NCBI GenBank assembly: GCA_902600855.1
Contig: CACKKY010000001.1
Location: 6,851-70,850, forward strand
Source of the DNA: an uncultured Pelagibacteraceae bacterium
GTDB lineage: Bacteria > Pseudomonadota > Alphaproteobacteria > Pelagibacterales > Pelagibacteraceae
Direction: 5' to 3'
DNA length: 64,000 nucleotides
The notes under the pieces are model-generated. The model was not told the origin of the DNA. It saw only the letters and a list, made by a program, of their open reading frames with translations, and ran no database searches. Shown piece by piece: positions 20,119-30,421 of this stretch (within the stretch, counting starts at the first letter, position 1; every line of letters starts with the position of its first letter). The position numbers and the translations under genes were made by a program.

Positions 20119-21621
20119 TTGATAATACATAATATAAAAGTTTATCCATCCAAAATTCATTTGCCTAAAAGAAAGCAGCTAGCTTGGAAAATTGCTCAAA
20201 TAGCAAGTGATAACTCAAAATTAAATAAAGACTCAATTGAAATGGCAATTAATAGAATTATTGATAACGCTTCTGTAGCTATAGCATCTTTGAATAGAAA
20301 GTCTGTAATTTCTGCAAGAGAAATGGCTTTAAAACATCCAAGAAAAAATGGAGCAACAGTAATTGGTGTTAACTCTAAATTAAAATTTGATTGTGAGTGG
20401 GCAGCTTGGTCTAATGGCACTGCCGTAAGAGAACTTGATTTTCACGACACGTTTTTAGCTGCAGATTATAGTCATCCAGGAGATAATATTCCGCCTTTAT
20501 TAAGTGTTGCACAACAAAATAAGAAAAGTGGTTTAGATTTATTAAGAGGAATTATTACTGCTTATGAAGTACAAGTAAATCTCGTAAAAGGTATCTGTTT
20601 ACATAAACATAAAGTAGATCATATAGCGCATTTAGGACCAAGTGTTGCAGCAGGATTAGGTACATTATTAAAACTAAACACTGAAACCATATATCAGGCG
20701 GTCCAACAAGCACTTCATACAACAATATCTACAAGACAATCTAGAAAAGGAGAAATATCAAGTTGGAAAGCATATGCGCCAGCTCATGCTGGAAAACTTG
20801 CAATAGAAGCCGTTGATCGAGTAATGAGAGGTGAAGGTGCTCCTAGTCCAATTTACGAAGGTGAAGATAGTGTAATTGCTAGAATTTTAGATGGAAAAAA
20901 TGCTAAATATAAAGTTCCTTTACCGAAAGTAAATGAAAGCAAAAAAGCAATTTTAGAGACTTACACAAAAGAGTATTCAGCGGAATACCAATCTCAGGCT
21001 TTAATTGATTTAGCAAAAAAATTAAAAGTTAAAATTCCTAATCTTAATAAGATTAAGAAAATAGACATTTTTACAAGTCATCATACGCATTATGTAATTG
21101 GCACAGGCGCAAATGATCCACAAAAAATGGACCCTAACGCTAGTAGAGAAACTCTCGACCACTCCATAATGTATATATTTGCCGTTGCTTTAGAAGATGG
21201 AGATTGGCACCATGTAAAATCTTACACTAAATCAAGAGCAAACAGAAAAAGTACCATTAAAATTTGGAAATCAATTAAAACTTATGAAGACAAAAAATGG
21301 ACTAAAAAATATCATGATCCAAATCCAAAAAATAAATCTTTTGGTGCTAGGGTGGTGATTACATTAAACAATGGTAAGAAAATAACAGAACAACTTGATC
21401 GAGCAGATGCACATCCTTATGGTGCTAGACCGTTTAAAAGAGAAAATTATATAAATAAATTCTTAACTTTAACTGATGGAATACTTAACAAAAAAGAATG
21501 TGATAGATTTTTGAAAACTGTCCAAAATCTTAAAAATTTAAAAGCAGGTCAATTACATAAATTAAATATAGAAGTAAGTAAAAAATATCTCAAAAAAAAT
21601 ATTAAAAAAGGAATTTTTTAA
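20119..21621 (+). CDS. prpD: 2-methylcitrate dehydratase (MmgE/PrpD)
   Basis: [34 protein letters not shown]; TTG start with AGGAG SD; followed by prpB and prpC. Confidence 0.92.
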   Translation: MIIHNIKVYPSKIHLPKRKQLAWKIAQIASDNSKLNKDSIEMAINRIIDNASVAIASLNRKSVISAREMALKHPRKNGATVIGVNSKLKFDCEWAAWSNGTAVRELDFHDTFLAADYSHPGDNIPPLLSVAQQNKKSGLDLLRGIITAYEVQVNLVKGICLHKHKVDHIAHLGPSVAAGLGTLLKLNTETIYQAVQQALHTTISTRQSRKGEISSWKAYAPAHAGKLAIEAVDRVMRGEGAPSPIYEGEDSVIARILDGKNAKYKVPLPKVNESKKAILETYTKEYSAEYQSQALIDLAKKLKVKIPNLNKIKKIDIFTSHHTHYVIGTGANDPQKMDPNASRETLDHSIMYIFAVALEDGDWHHVKSYTKSRANRKSTIKIWKSIKTYEDKKWTKKYHDPNPKNKSFGARVVITLNNGKKITEQLDRADAHPYGARPFKRENYINKFLTLTDGILNKKECDRFLKTVQNLKNLKAGQLHKLNIEVSKKYLKKNIKKGIF

Positions 21622-22517
21622 TGCACTTTATTGAAAAAGAACCAGGTCAGAAAAGAATAGACTTCAATGATAAATTAAAATCAAATAAAATTTTAAGAGT
21701 ACCAGGTGCTTACAATCCTTTAACTGCTAAATTAATTGAAGAAATTGGCTATGATGCTGTTTATGTTTCGGGAGCTGTTATGGCAAATGATTTAGGATTT
21801 CCAGATATAGGTTTAACAACATTGCAAGATGTAAGCACAAGATCTTATCTAATATCACGAGTAACTAACTTACCAACTATTGTTGATATTGATACAGGTT
21901 TTAAATCTTGCACAGAAACTATAGAAATTTTTGAACAATTTGGGATAACAGCTGTTCATTTAGAAGATCAGATAGAAAGAAAAAGATGTGGGCACTTAGA
22001 TAATAAAGAACTTATTTCTACCAAAGATATGGTTAATAAAATCAAACAATGTGTTTCAGCTAAAAAAGATAAAAACTTTAAAATCATTGCAAGATCAGAT
22101 GCTAATGGTGTTGAAGGAATTGATAAAATGATTGATAGATGTAAAGCATATATAGATGCTGGAGCAGAAATTATATTCCCAGAGGCTTTACAGAATGAGA
22201 AGGATTTTGAAAAAGTAAGAAAAGAACTTCCATGTTATTTGCTTGCAAATATGACTGAATTTGGCAAATCTAAATTATTTAATTATAAAGAGCTAGAAGA
22301 GCTAGGTTATAATATAGTCATTTACCCAGTAACCACTCAACGCCTAGCAATGAAAAATGTTGAAGATGGACTGAGAGACATTTATGCAAATGGACATCAA
22401 AACAATATCATAGATAAAATGCAGACCAGAAAAAGATTATATGAGCTTGTTGATTATGAGAAATATAATAGTTTAGACGAAAAAATTTATAACTTTAGTA
22501 CTGAAGGGCACGATTAA
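21621..22517 (+). CDS. prpB: 2-methylisocitrate lyase
   Basis: DIDTGF, KRCGHL, LANMTEFGK. Confidence 0.93.
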   Translation: MHFIEKEPGQKRIDFNDKLKSNKILRVPGAYNPLTAKLIEEIGYDAVYVSGAVMANDLGFPDIGLTTLQDVSTRSYLISRVTNLPTIVDIDTGFKSCTETIEIFEQFGITAVHLEDQIERKRCGHLDNKELISTKDMVNKIKQCVSAKKDKNFKIIARSDANGVEGIDKMIDRCKAYIDAGAEIIFPEALQNEKDFEKVRKELPCYLLANMTEFGKSKLFNYKELEELGYNIVIYPVTTQRLAMKNVEDGLRDIYANGHQNNIIDKMQTRKRLYELVDYEKYNSLDEKIYNFSTEGHD

Positions 22518-23641
22518 TGGGTGACGAAATCAAAAAAGGATTACTTGGAATAGTTGTTGATGAAACTGAAGTTTCAAAAGTCATGCCCGAGATCAACTCT
22601 TTAACATATAGAGGTTATGCAGCTCAAGATTTGTGTGCAAAATGTAAGTTTGAAGAAATTGCTTATCTTATCCTAAATGGTGAACTCCCTAATAAAAAAC
22701 AGCTTAAAAATTTTGAAAAACAAGAGAGAAGTGAGAGAAAACTTTCTAAAACTATATTAGAGGATATAAAAAGATTTCCTAAAAAAGCCCACCCTATGGA
22801 TGTTGCAAGAACTTCTGTAAGCATTATGGGATTAGAAGATAGAGAAACTAAAGATAATTCTCCAAAAGCAAATATGAGAAAAATTATGAGAATATTTGCT
22901 AAAACCCCAGTTGCTTTAGCAGCTTTTTATAGAGCAAGAAAGGGAAAGAAAATCATACCTCCAAAAAAAAATCTCTCTTTCTCAGAGAACTTTTTTCATA
23001 TGTGTTTTGGCAAAGTACCAAATAAAGACATTGTTAAAGCATTTGATGTTTCTTTAATTTTATATGCAGAGCACAGTTTCAATGTCTCTACTTTTACAGC
23101 ACGAACTATAACAAGTAGTTTATCTGATATCCATGGCGCAATCACTGGCGCTATAGCAAGTTTAAAAGGTCCTTTGCATGGTGGTGCTAATGAGGAAGTT
23201 ATGCATATGATGAATAAAATTAAGAAACCTGAAAATGCTTTTACATGGATTAATAATGCTTTAAAAAATAAAGATGTTGTAATGGGCTTTGGTCATAGAG
23301 TTTACAAAAGTGGAGACTCAAGAGTTCCTACAATGAGAGAATATTTTGGAAAAGTAGCTAGACTTAAAAAGGATAAAAAATTTGAAAAAATTTATGATAT
23401 AATTGAAAAAGTAATGATAGAAAAAAAAAATATTCATCCTAATGTAGATTATCCCACAGGGCCAACTTATCATTTAATGGGATTTGATACTGATTTTTTT
23501 ACTCCAATTTTTGTAATTGCAAGAATAACAGGTTGGTCTGCACATATAATTGAACAACATGCAGCAAATAAATTAATCAGACCTTTAGCAAGCTATAAAG
23601 GTAGCAAATATAGAAAAGTACTAAATTTAAATCAAAGATAG
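22517..23641 (+). CDS. prpC: 2-methylcitrate synthase/citrate synthase
   Basis: LYAEHSFNVSTF, GPLHGGANE, MGFGHRVY, PNVD; prpDB context. Confidence 0.88.
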   Translation: MGDEIKKGLLGIVVDETEVSKVMPEINSLTYRGYAAQDLCAKCKFEEIAYLILNGELPNKKQLKNFEKQERSERKLSKTILEDIKRFPKKAHPMDVARTSVSIMGLEDRETKDNSPKANMRKIMRIFAKTPVALAAFYRARKGKKIIPPKKNLSFSENFFHMCFGKVPNKDIVKAFDVSLILYAEHSFNVSTFTARTITSSLSDIHGAITGAIASLKGPLHGGANEEVMHMMNKIKKPENAFTWINNALKNKDVVMGFGHRVYKSGDSRVPTMREYFGKVARLKKDKKFEKIYDIIEKVMIEKKNIHPNVDYPTGPTYHLMGFDTDFFTPIFVIARITGWSAHIIEQHAANKLIRPLASYKGSKYRKVLNLNQR

Positions 23642-23642
23642 T

Positions 23643-24272
23643 TTATTCTTTTTCAATTTTAGCAAATCTTCCGTTGCAAACAATTTCACATTTAAAATTG
23701 TGTTTTTCTACAAATTCATCAATTGATTGTTTTACGCCTGGAGCATAAGTTAGATCATAATCGTCACAAAGAACTGTGCCATTATTCTCAATCACTTCTT
23801 TGCAACAATTAAGGTCATTCATTACAGTACTATATTCGTGCCCTCCATCTAAAAAAACATAGTTTACTTTAGACATATCTATTTTCTTTAAAATTTTATT
23901 AGAATTACCTTTTATTAAATGCACATTATCTTTAAATTTATCAAGAAGACGTTGGACTGCACTTAAACTGTAGGGGTCCTCTCTTTTAATATATTTATAC
24001 CATAATGTTTTTAAAGGATTAGAAAATTTTGTATTAGGAATAATTTCATCTTTATTCTCATCACTCTCTTCAAACAAATCTAACCCTATAAATTTAAAAT
24101 CGTTTTTATGAATTTTGTAAAGTAATTCGCATACATTTCTTGCCGTAACACCATGAAATACCCCAACTTCAAGGAAAATTTTGGGTTTTTTCTTTAATAC
24201 TTCATCAAGAAAAAAACTACCTACACCAGGTTGTTTTAAACTAGTTTTACGAAAATATTTTTTATACTTCAA
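23643..24272 (-). CDS. Class I SAM-dependent methyltransferase (Methyltransf_24-like)
   Basis: FLEVGVFHG, GLDLF, VFLDGGHEY, LCDDY; TTG start. Confidence 0.82.
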   Translation of the reverse strand: MKYKKYFRKTSLKQPGVGSFFLDEVLKKKPKIFLEVGVFHGVTARNVCELLYKIHKNDFKFIGLDLFEESDENKDEIIPNTKFSNPLKTLWYKYIKREDPYSLSAVQRLLDKFKDNVHLIKGNSNKILKKIDMSKVNYVFLDGGHEYSTVMNDLNCCKEVIENNGTVLCDDYDLTYAPGVKQSIDEFVEKHNFKCEIVCNGRFAKIEKE

Positions 24273-24325
24273 CTTAATAAGGCTGCAATACCAAATGCAA
24301 CTAATGTAAATATTATTACTTTCAT
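24269..24325 (-). CDS. Putative 18-aa hydrophobic micro-peptide MKVIIFTLVAFGIAALLS
   Basis: Manual translation; fills the nrdB-methyltransferase gap; its TGA overlaps the downstream TTG start. Confidence 0.4.
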   Translation of the reverse strand: MKVIIFTLVAFGIAALLS

Positions 24326-24335
24326 AAGTTTTTTA

Positions 24336-25367
24336 TTAATTAAATGCTTCTGCCCAAGTACCTTGTGTTGAAGCTTTAGAATATTCTGTTGCACGCCCTT
24401 CAAAGAAGTTCATATGCTCAACTGCGTTTAACATTGTATCTAACCATCCTAGTGGATTCTTTTCAACATCGTATATTGGTTCTAATCCTAACTGTACTAG
24501 TCTTCTATTTCCAATGAACCTTATATAATCTTTAACTTCTTGAGCTGTTAAACCTTCCATAGGACCCATTTCAAAAGCTAAATCAATAAATGCATCTTCA
24601 TGTTCAATAATAGTTCTGCACGCCTCATAAAGTTCTTTTTTTAGTTTGGGTGTCCATATTTCTGGATTTTCATTAATAAACTCTTTAAAAATTCTTATCA
24701 TTGAATTGCAATGAAGAGTTTCGTCTCTAACGGACCAAGTAACTATTTGACCCATACCTTTCATTTTATTATGTCTTGGAAAATTTAATAAAATTGCAAA
24801 GCTGGCAAACAATTGTAAACCTTCTGTAAAAGCACTGAATACAGCCACAGTTTTTGCAATATCTTCTTTAGAATTTACATTGAAGTCTTGCATGTAATCA
24901 TATTTATCTTTCATTTCTTTATATTTCATAAAAGCTGAATATTCAGACTCCGGCATCCCAATTGTATCTAAAAGATGAGAGTAAGCAGCTACATGCACTG
25001 TTTCCATCGCGGCAAAAGCTGTCATCATCATCAATACTTCTGTCGGTTTAAAAACAGTTGTGTAATGTCTCAAATAACAATTATTGACTTCAACATCTGC
25101 TTGAGTAAAAAATCTAAAAATTTGCGTTAACAAATTTTTTTCAGAGGCACTTAAACTTTTTTGCCAATCTCTAACATCATCTCCTAAAGGCACTTCTTCT
25201 GGTAACCAATGAATTCTTTGCTGAGTTAACCATGCATCATAGCACCATGGGTATCTAAATGGTTTGTAAACTGGATTTTCAACTAATAAACCCATTTTTT
25301 TTGGTTGAATAATTTCTTTTTTTTCAGATTTTATAATTTCTGAATTTACTTTTTCTGCTACTGACAT
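24336..25367 (-). CDS. nrdB: Class Ia ribonucleotide reductase beta subunit
   Basis: FFTQAD, ETVHVAAY (radical Tyr), EGLQLF, RDETLH, NFFEGR; start moved to MSVAEK. Confidence 0.96.
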   Translation of the reverse strand: MSVAEKVNSEIIKSEKKEIIQPKKMGLLVENPVYKPFRYPWCYDAWLTQQRIHWLPEEVPLGDDVRDWQKSLSASEKNLLTQIFRFFTQADVEVNNCYLRHYTTVFKPTEVLMMMTAFAAMETVHVAAYSHLLDTIGMPESEYSAFMKYKEMKDKYDYMQDFNVNSKEDIAKTVAVFSAFTEGLQLFASFAILLNFPRHNKMKGMGQIVTWSVRDETLHCNSMIRIFKEFINENPEIWTPKLKKELYEACRTIIEHEDAFIDLAFEMGPMEGLTAQEVKDYIRFIGNRRLVQLGLEPIYDVEKNPLGWLDTMLNAVEHMNFFEGRATEYSKASTQGTWAEAFN

Positions 25368-27295
25368 GATAGGCACTCCTCGTATTCCGGTTCTTCAGTT
25401 TTGGTTGCTTTATTTTTATAAACATTAGCCATAATATCAGTTGATTTTGCATCATTAATATTTTCGGCTCTTTGAATCGATTTTGATCTACAATAGTAAA
25501 GGCTTTTTAAGCCTTTTTTCCATGCATCAAAATGAATTTTATGTAACTCTTTTTTGTGAACATCTGCTGGTAAAAACAAGTTAACTGATTGGGCTTGAGA
25601 TATAAAAGGTGTTCTATCACCACTTAATTCAATAATCCAAGCTTGATTTAATTCAAATGCAGTTTTGAAAACATCTTTTTCCAAATCTGTCAAAAAATCT
25701 AAATGATTTACTGAGCCTTGGTTTGTAGTGATTGTAGACCAGGTTTCATCATCATTCTTACTATGTTCATCTAAAATTTCCTCTAAGTATCTATTTCTAA
25801 CATTAAATGAACCTGAAAGAGTTTTGTGTGTATAGCTATTAGCTGCAATTGGCTCTACTCCTGGAGATGCTCCGCCACAAATTATTGATATTGATGCAGT
25901 TGGTGCTATTGCTGTTTTATTAGAGAATCTTTCTTTATAACCATACTCTTCAGCATCGGGACATGCTCCTCTTTCTTCAGCTAAATCTTTTGAGGCTTGA
26001 TTAACTTTTTCATGGATATTTTTAAATATTTTTTTATTCCAAGATTTCGCCATAACTGACTCAAGTGGAATTCTATTTTTTTGTAAAAAAGAGTGAAAGC
26101 CCATTACACCTAAACCAACACTTCTCTCTCTTTCAGCCGAATATTTTGCATCTTTAAATTGATCAGGGGCTTTATTAATAAAATCAGATAATACATTATC
26201 TAAAAATCTCATCACATCACCAATCATATCTGGATCATCTTTCCACTCTTCATACTTTTCTAAATTTAGTGAAGATAAACAACAAACAGCTGTTCTATCC
26301 CTTCCATCTTTATCAATACCTGTTGGTAAAGTTATCTCGCTACATAAGTTAGAAGTTTTAACTGTTAAATTTGCAAGCTTATGATGTTGTGGAATTTGTC
26401 TATTAACGGTGTCAATATAGATAATATAAGGTTCACCAGTTTCAATCCTAGCTGTTAATAATCTTATCCATAAATTTCTAGCTGAAATTGTTTGTTGGAC
26501 TGTACCATCAGCTGGACTTTTTAATGCCCATTGCTCATCAGTTTCAACCGCTCTCATAAATGCATCTGAAACTAAAACACCATGGTGTAAATTTAGAGCT
26601 TTTCTATTTGGATCACCACCAGTCGGTCTTCTCATCTCTATAAATTCCTCAATTTCAGGATGATCAATTGGAAGATAACATGCAGCAGAACCTCTTCTAA
26701 GTGATCCTTGGCTAATTGCCATTGTTAATGAGTCCATAACTTTAATAAATGGAATTATCCCAGAGGTTTTTCCAACTTTACCAATTTTTTCACCAATCGA
26801 TCTTAGGTTGCCCCAATAACTTCCTATCCCTCCACCTTTTGCCGCAAGCCAAACATTTTCACTCCAAAGGTCAAGAATGCCTCCTAAGCTATCTGAAGCT
26901 TCATTTAAAAAACATGAAATTGGTAATCCTCTTTTTGTTCCACCGTTTGATAAAACTGGCGTAGCAGGCATAAACCATAAATTACTTATGTAATTATATA
27001 TTCTTTGAGCATGAAGATTATCATCTGAATAAGTACTTGCTACTCTTGCGAACAAATCTTGATAAGATTCGTTGTGACCTAGATATCTATCTTTTAAAGT
27101 TGCTTTACCAAAATCAGTTAAATTTGAATCTCGAGATCTGTCAATTTTAATAATTATTCCTTTATCATTTTGGAATAATTCTGTTTCATTATTAAGTGAA
27201 AAAAGATCAGGTCTATTGTCTTTTGAAATTTGTTTAACTTCAGGGTTATATTCAGAGACAGCTTTCTTTAGGGCTTGAGATAAATTATTATTCAT
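25358..27295 (-). CDS. nrdA: Class I ribonucleotide reductase alpha subunit
   Basis: PATPVLSN, ISCF, SNLCSEI, AIAPTASIS, KSLYY, C-terminal ECLSCQ; no obvious ATP cone. Confidence 0.96.
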   Translation of the reverse strand: MNNNLSQALKKAVSEYNPEVKQISKDNRPDLFSLNNETELFQNDKGIIIKIDRSRDSNLTDFGKATLKDRYLGHNESYQDLFARVASTYSDDNLHAQRIYNYISNLWFMPATPVLSNGGTKRGLPISCFLNEASDSLGGILDLWSENVWLAAKGGGIGSYWGNLRSIGEKIGKVGKTSGIIPFIKVMDSLTMAISQGSLRRGSAACYLPIDHPEIEEFIEMRRPTGGDPNRKALNLHHGVLVSDAFMRAVETDEQWALKSPADGTVQQTISARNLWIRLLTARIETGEPYIIYIDTVNRQIPQHHKLANLTVKTSNLCSEITLPTGIDKDGRDRTAVCCLSSLNLEKYEEWKDDPDMIGDVMRFLDNVLSDFINKAPDQFKDAKYSAERERSVGLGVMGFHSFLQKNRIPLESVMAKSWNKKIFKNIHEKVNQASKDLAEERGACPDAEEYGYKERFSNKTAIAPTASISIICGGASPGVEPIAANSYTHKTLSGSFNVRNRYLEEILDEHSKNDDETWSTITTNQGSVNHLDFLTDLEKDVFKTAFELNQAWIIELSGDRTPFISQAQSVNLFLPADVHKKELHKIHFDAWKKGLKSLYYCRSKSIQRAENINDAKSTDIMANVYKNKATKTEEPEYEECLSCQ

Positions 27296-27330
27296 ATTTT
27301 ATGTATTATATTTGTCAATTTTGGTGAAAA

Positions 27331-27377
27331 CAACTATATGTTGTATACACATAGTGTTAATACACTATATAATCAGC
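27331..27377. promoter_or_regulatory. Tandem NrdR boxes
   Basis: CAACTATATGTTGTAT (27331-27346) and the weaker ACACTATATAATCAGC (27362-27377), 31 bp apart, upstream of nrdA; resembles acaCwAtATaTwGtg. Confidence 0.7.
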
Positions 27378-27386
27378 AAATCAATA

Positions 27387-27401
27387 GAACATTTATAGAA
27401 C
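27387..27401. promoter_or_regulatory. Alphaproteobacterial LexA (SOS) box
   Basis: GAAC-ATTTATA-GAAC, an exact GAAC-N7-GAAC direct repeat. Confidence 0.6.
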
Positions 27402-27450
27402 ATTATAAAAATATTTCAATAAAAAAATTAAAAAAAGAGTAAGTAATTAG

Positions 27451-28908
27451 ATGATGAATCAAAATTTGAAAATTGATCCATATGGATTTAGAGAATATGA
27501 CGCGCGTTGGTTGTACGAAAAAGACATAAATTTAGCAGGGATAGAGAATCTTGGCAAAGGTTTAGGTACTCAAATAATAAAAAATACAAAAAAAAATAAT
27601 CCAAGAATTATAGTTGGTCATGATTATAGATCTTATAGTGAAGAAATAAAATTAGCTCTTAAAAAAGGTTTAATTTCAACAGGATGTTTTGTGGAAGATA
27701 TTGGTCTTTCATTGTCACCAATGGTTTATTTTGCACAATTTAATTTAGATGCAGATGCAGTTGCAATGGTTACTGCAAGTCATAATGAGAACGGTTGGAC
27801 GGGTGTAAAAATGGGTATCAAAAAAGGATTAACTCACGCTCCAGAGGAAATGAAAGAACTAAAAGATATTACCTTAAATGAAAATTTTTTAAAAGGTCAA
27901 GGCTCTGAAAGACAGATAGAAAATTTCCAACAAATTTATAAAGATGATTTAATAAATAAAAATAAAATTAATAAAGCTTTGAAAGCAGTAGTTGCTTGTG
28001 GAAATGGAACTGCTGGAATATTCGCTCCAGATATTTTAAGGGGAATTGGGTGTGAAGTAATAGAACTTGATTGTAAATTGGATTGGACTTTTCCAAAATA
28101 TAATCCTAATCCAGAAGATATGAAAATGCTACATGCTATTGCTAAAGCAGTTAAAGATAACAAAGCAGATATAGGTTTTGGATTTGATGGTGATGGAGAT
28201 AGGGTTGGTGTTATTGATAATGAAGGCAACGAAATATTCTCAGATAAGATTGGATTATTAATTGCAAGAAATTTATCTTCAAAACATAAAAATTCAAAAT
28301 TTGTGGTTGATGTAAAATCAACAGGATTATATTCAAAAGACAAAGTTTTATTAGATAATAATTGCGAAACTATTTATTGGAAAACAGGACACTCTCATAT
28401 AAAGAGAAAAGTTAATACCGAAAAAGCTTTAGCAGGCTTTGAAAAAAGTGGTCATTTCTTTTTCAATCATCCATTAGGTTATGGTTATGACGATGGAGTT
28501 AACTCAGCTATTCAAGTATGTCATCTATTAGATAATCAGGCCAATAAAGTTTCAGATATAATTAAAGATTTACCAACCACATATCAAACACCAACGATGG
28601 CTCCATTCTGTAAAGATGAAGAAAAATACAAAGTTGTTGAAGAATTAGTTAAACAAATTATTGATATAAAAAATGATAAAATTTTAATTGATGATCAGAT
28701 TATAACTGAAGTGCTGACTGTAAACGGTATAAGATTTTCTTTTGAAGATGGTTCTTGGGGATTAATAAGAGCATCTTCAAATAAACCATCACTAGTTATA
28801 GTAACCGAAAGCCCCAAATCAGACGCTAGAAAAAAGAAAATATTTGAATTTATAGACGATTTACTAAAAAGAACTGGTAAGATTGGTGAGTATGATCAAA
28901 AAATTTAA
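27451..28908 (+). CDS. Phosphomannomutase/phosphoglucomutase
   Basis: FREYDAR, VTASHN, FDGDGDR, GFEKSGH, RASSN. Confidence 0.93.
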   Translation: MMNQNLKIDPYGFREYDARWLYEKDINLAGIENLGKGLGTQIIKNTKKNNPRIIVGHDYRSYSEEIKLALKKGLISTGCFVEDIGLSLSPMVYFAQFNLDADAVAMVTASHNENGWTGVKMGIKKGLTHAPEEMKELKDITLNENFLKGQGSERQIENFQQIYKDDLINKNKINKALKAVVACGNGTAGIFAPDILRGIGCEVIELDCKLDWTFPKYNPNPEDMKMLHAIAKAVKDNKADIGFGFDGDGDRVGVIDNEGNEIFSDKIGLLIARNLSSKHKNSKFVVDVKSTGLYSKDKVLLDNNCETIYWKTGHSHIKRKVNTEKALAGFEKSGHFFFNHPLGYGYDDGVNSAIQVCHLLDNQANKVSDIIKDLPTTYQTPTMAPFCKDEEKYKVVEELVKQIIDIKNDKILIDDQIITEVLTVNGIRFSFEDGSWGLIRASSNKPSLVIVTESPKSDARKKKIFEFIDDLLKRTGKIGEYDQKI

Positions 28909-28924
28909 TTTAAGAGAAAAAAGC

Positions 28925-30301
28925 TTAATAATTCTTAGTGAATAGTCTCTTTAAATTAAATTTCTCCTTAATTAACAAGCTTAAAAATAGAACGTGAAGA
29001 AAATGACCTATATGGCGCATTCTTTCTTGTTCAAAGCCAGCAAACATATGTGTTAGGATTATCATCCAAAGATAAATCAAGAATATTGAAGACATGGCCT
29101 TACCTTTTGAAAAACTACTTACATCTCTAATTTTCATTAAACTTCGAATAAGGATCGTTGTAAAAAAAAGATAAATAATAACGTAATAAGTTTGCACAAT
29201 TCTAACTTTGAGAGAATTTGAAAATTTATATTTTTTAATTTTATCAAAAATATCAAAATATTTACTCCAACCAATTGGCTTATAACCATGATCAAAAGCA
29301 AAATGTCCATGAGTTGAAATAAAATTGAATTTTACTATTGAAAAATAATTTATAGGATCTTCAATAATCAATTCAATACCTTTGTTTAAACATTTTTTTG
29401 TTTTGTAAATCATTCCCACGTTGTTCCATTTACTTAATTTACCTACTAAAGATGGATGTTCAAAGTTAATATCAGAGTCATCCTTATAAAATTTTTCATA
29501 CTCATAAATACGATCAAAATTCATATTGCAAGTTCCATTATAAACATCCCATCTCTTAAGAACTTGAATGACTTGAAGCCCAACCCATGATGAATTTCCA
29601 AAAAAATCTAGTTCAATCTTATTTTTAACACTCGGTAATATAGATATTAAAACAAATAGAGAAAAAATAATTATACTTCTTAGGATCTTATATTCTAATT
29701 TAATAAAACAAATCGTAATAAAAATAAGACATATAAAAAAAGGATGACTAAAAGCACTCCAAGTATAAACTAATAATATAGCAACAAGATAAATATATAT
29801 TTCATATTTTAATTCAAGTTTTTCTATAAATCTAAAATAGTTATAAATAAATAATAAAAAAAATAATGTAGTTAAATGAGTATAATGTAAATAGTTTTCA
29901 TAAAATATATATGAAAGAGATATAGTTATAAAGAACAAAGATATCAAAAATAAATTTATTCTACTAAGTTTTAAAATTTCACTAAGTTTAAAAAAAATTA
30001 TAATTGATATTATTGATATAGTAATATTAATTAAATGAATTACTTTTGAGATTGTTAAATAATCAGCTCCAAATATTTGTACAATAAAACCAACTAATAA
30101 ATTCCACAATGGAGGTTGATAATGGATATAATATATAGATGATAAAAAATTTTTTTCTAATAAATTTAAATCTAATACCTGCCACATAGTTGCAAAAATT
30201 TCATGATTTGGATGAATTCCAGCTAAATAAATTATGATTCTTGATATTAAAAAGATGATAATTGTAATTATTAAGATATCTTTATTCTTTATTTTAATCA
30301 T
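28925..30301 (-). CDS. Polytopic membrane protein, possibly a GT-C-fold glycosyltransferase
   Basis: About 10-11 hydrophobic segments, HYQPPLW loop motif after TM1, large extracytoplasmic loop; very AT-rich; start uncertain (30301 or 30346). Confidence 0.5.
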   Translation of the reverse strand: MIKIKNKDILIITIIIFLISRIIIYLAGIHPNHEIFATMWQVLDLNLLEKNFLSSIYYIHYQPPLWNLLVGFIVQIFGADYLTISKVIHLINITISIISIIIFFKLSEILKLSRINLFLISLFFITISLSYIFYENYLHYTHLTTLFFLLFIYNYFRFIEKLELKYEIYIYLVAILLVYTWSAFSHPFFICLIFITICFIKLEYKILRSIIIFSLFVLISILPSVKNKIELDFFGNSSWVGLQVIQVLKRWDVYNGTCNMNFDRIYEYEKFYKDDSDINFEHPSLVGKLSKWNNVGMIYKTKKCLNKGIELIIEDPINYFSIVKFNFISTHGHFAFDHGYKPIGWSKYFDIFDKIKKYKFSNSLKVRIVQTYYVIIYLFFTTILIRSLMKIRDVSSFSKGKAMSSIFLIYLWMIILTHMFAGFEQERMRHIGHFLHVLFLSLLIKEKFNLKRLFTKNY

Positions 30302-30421
30302 AATACAAACTAGAGATTGGTTGTATTTATATATTGTCAATAACAATTAGCATCAAGTCTAATTCAATATTCAACTAATAAGTGTTCCAAACAATTAAGA
30401 GAATCGATTATAATATAATTT

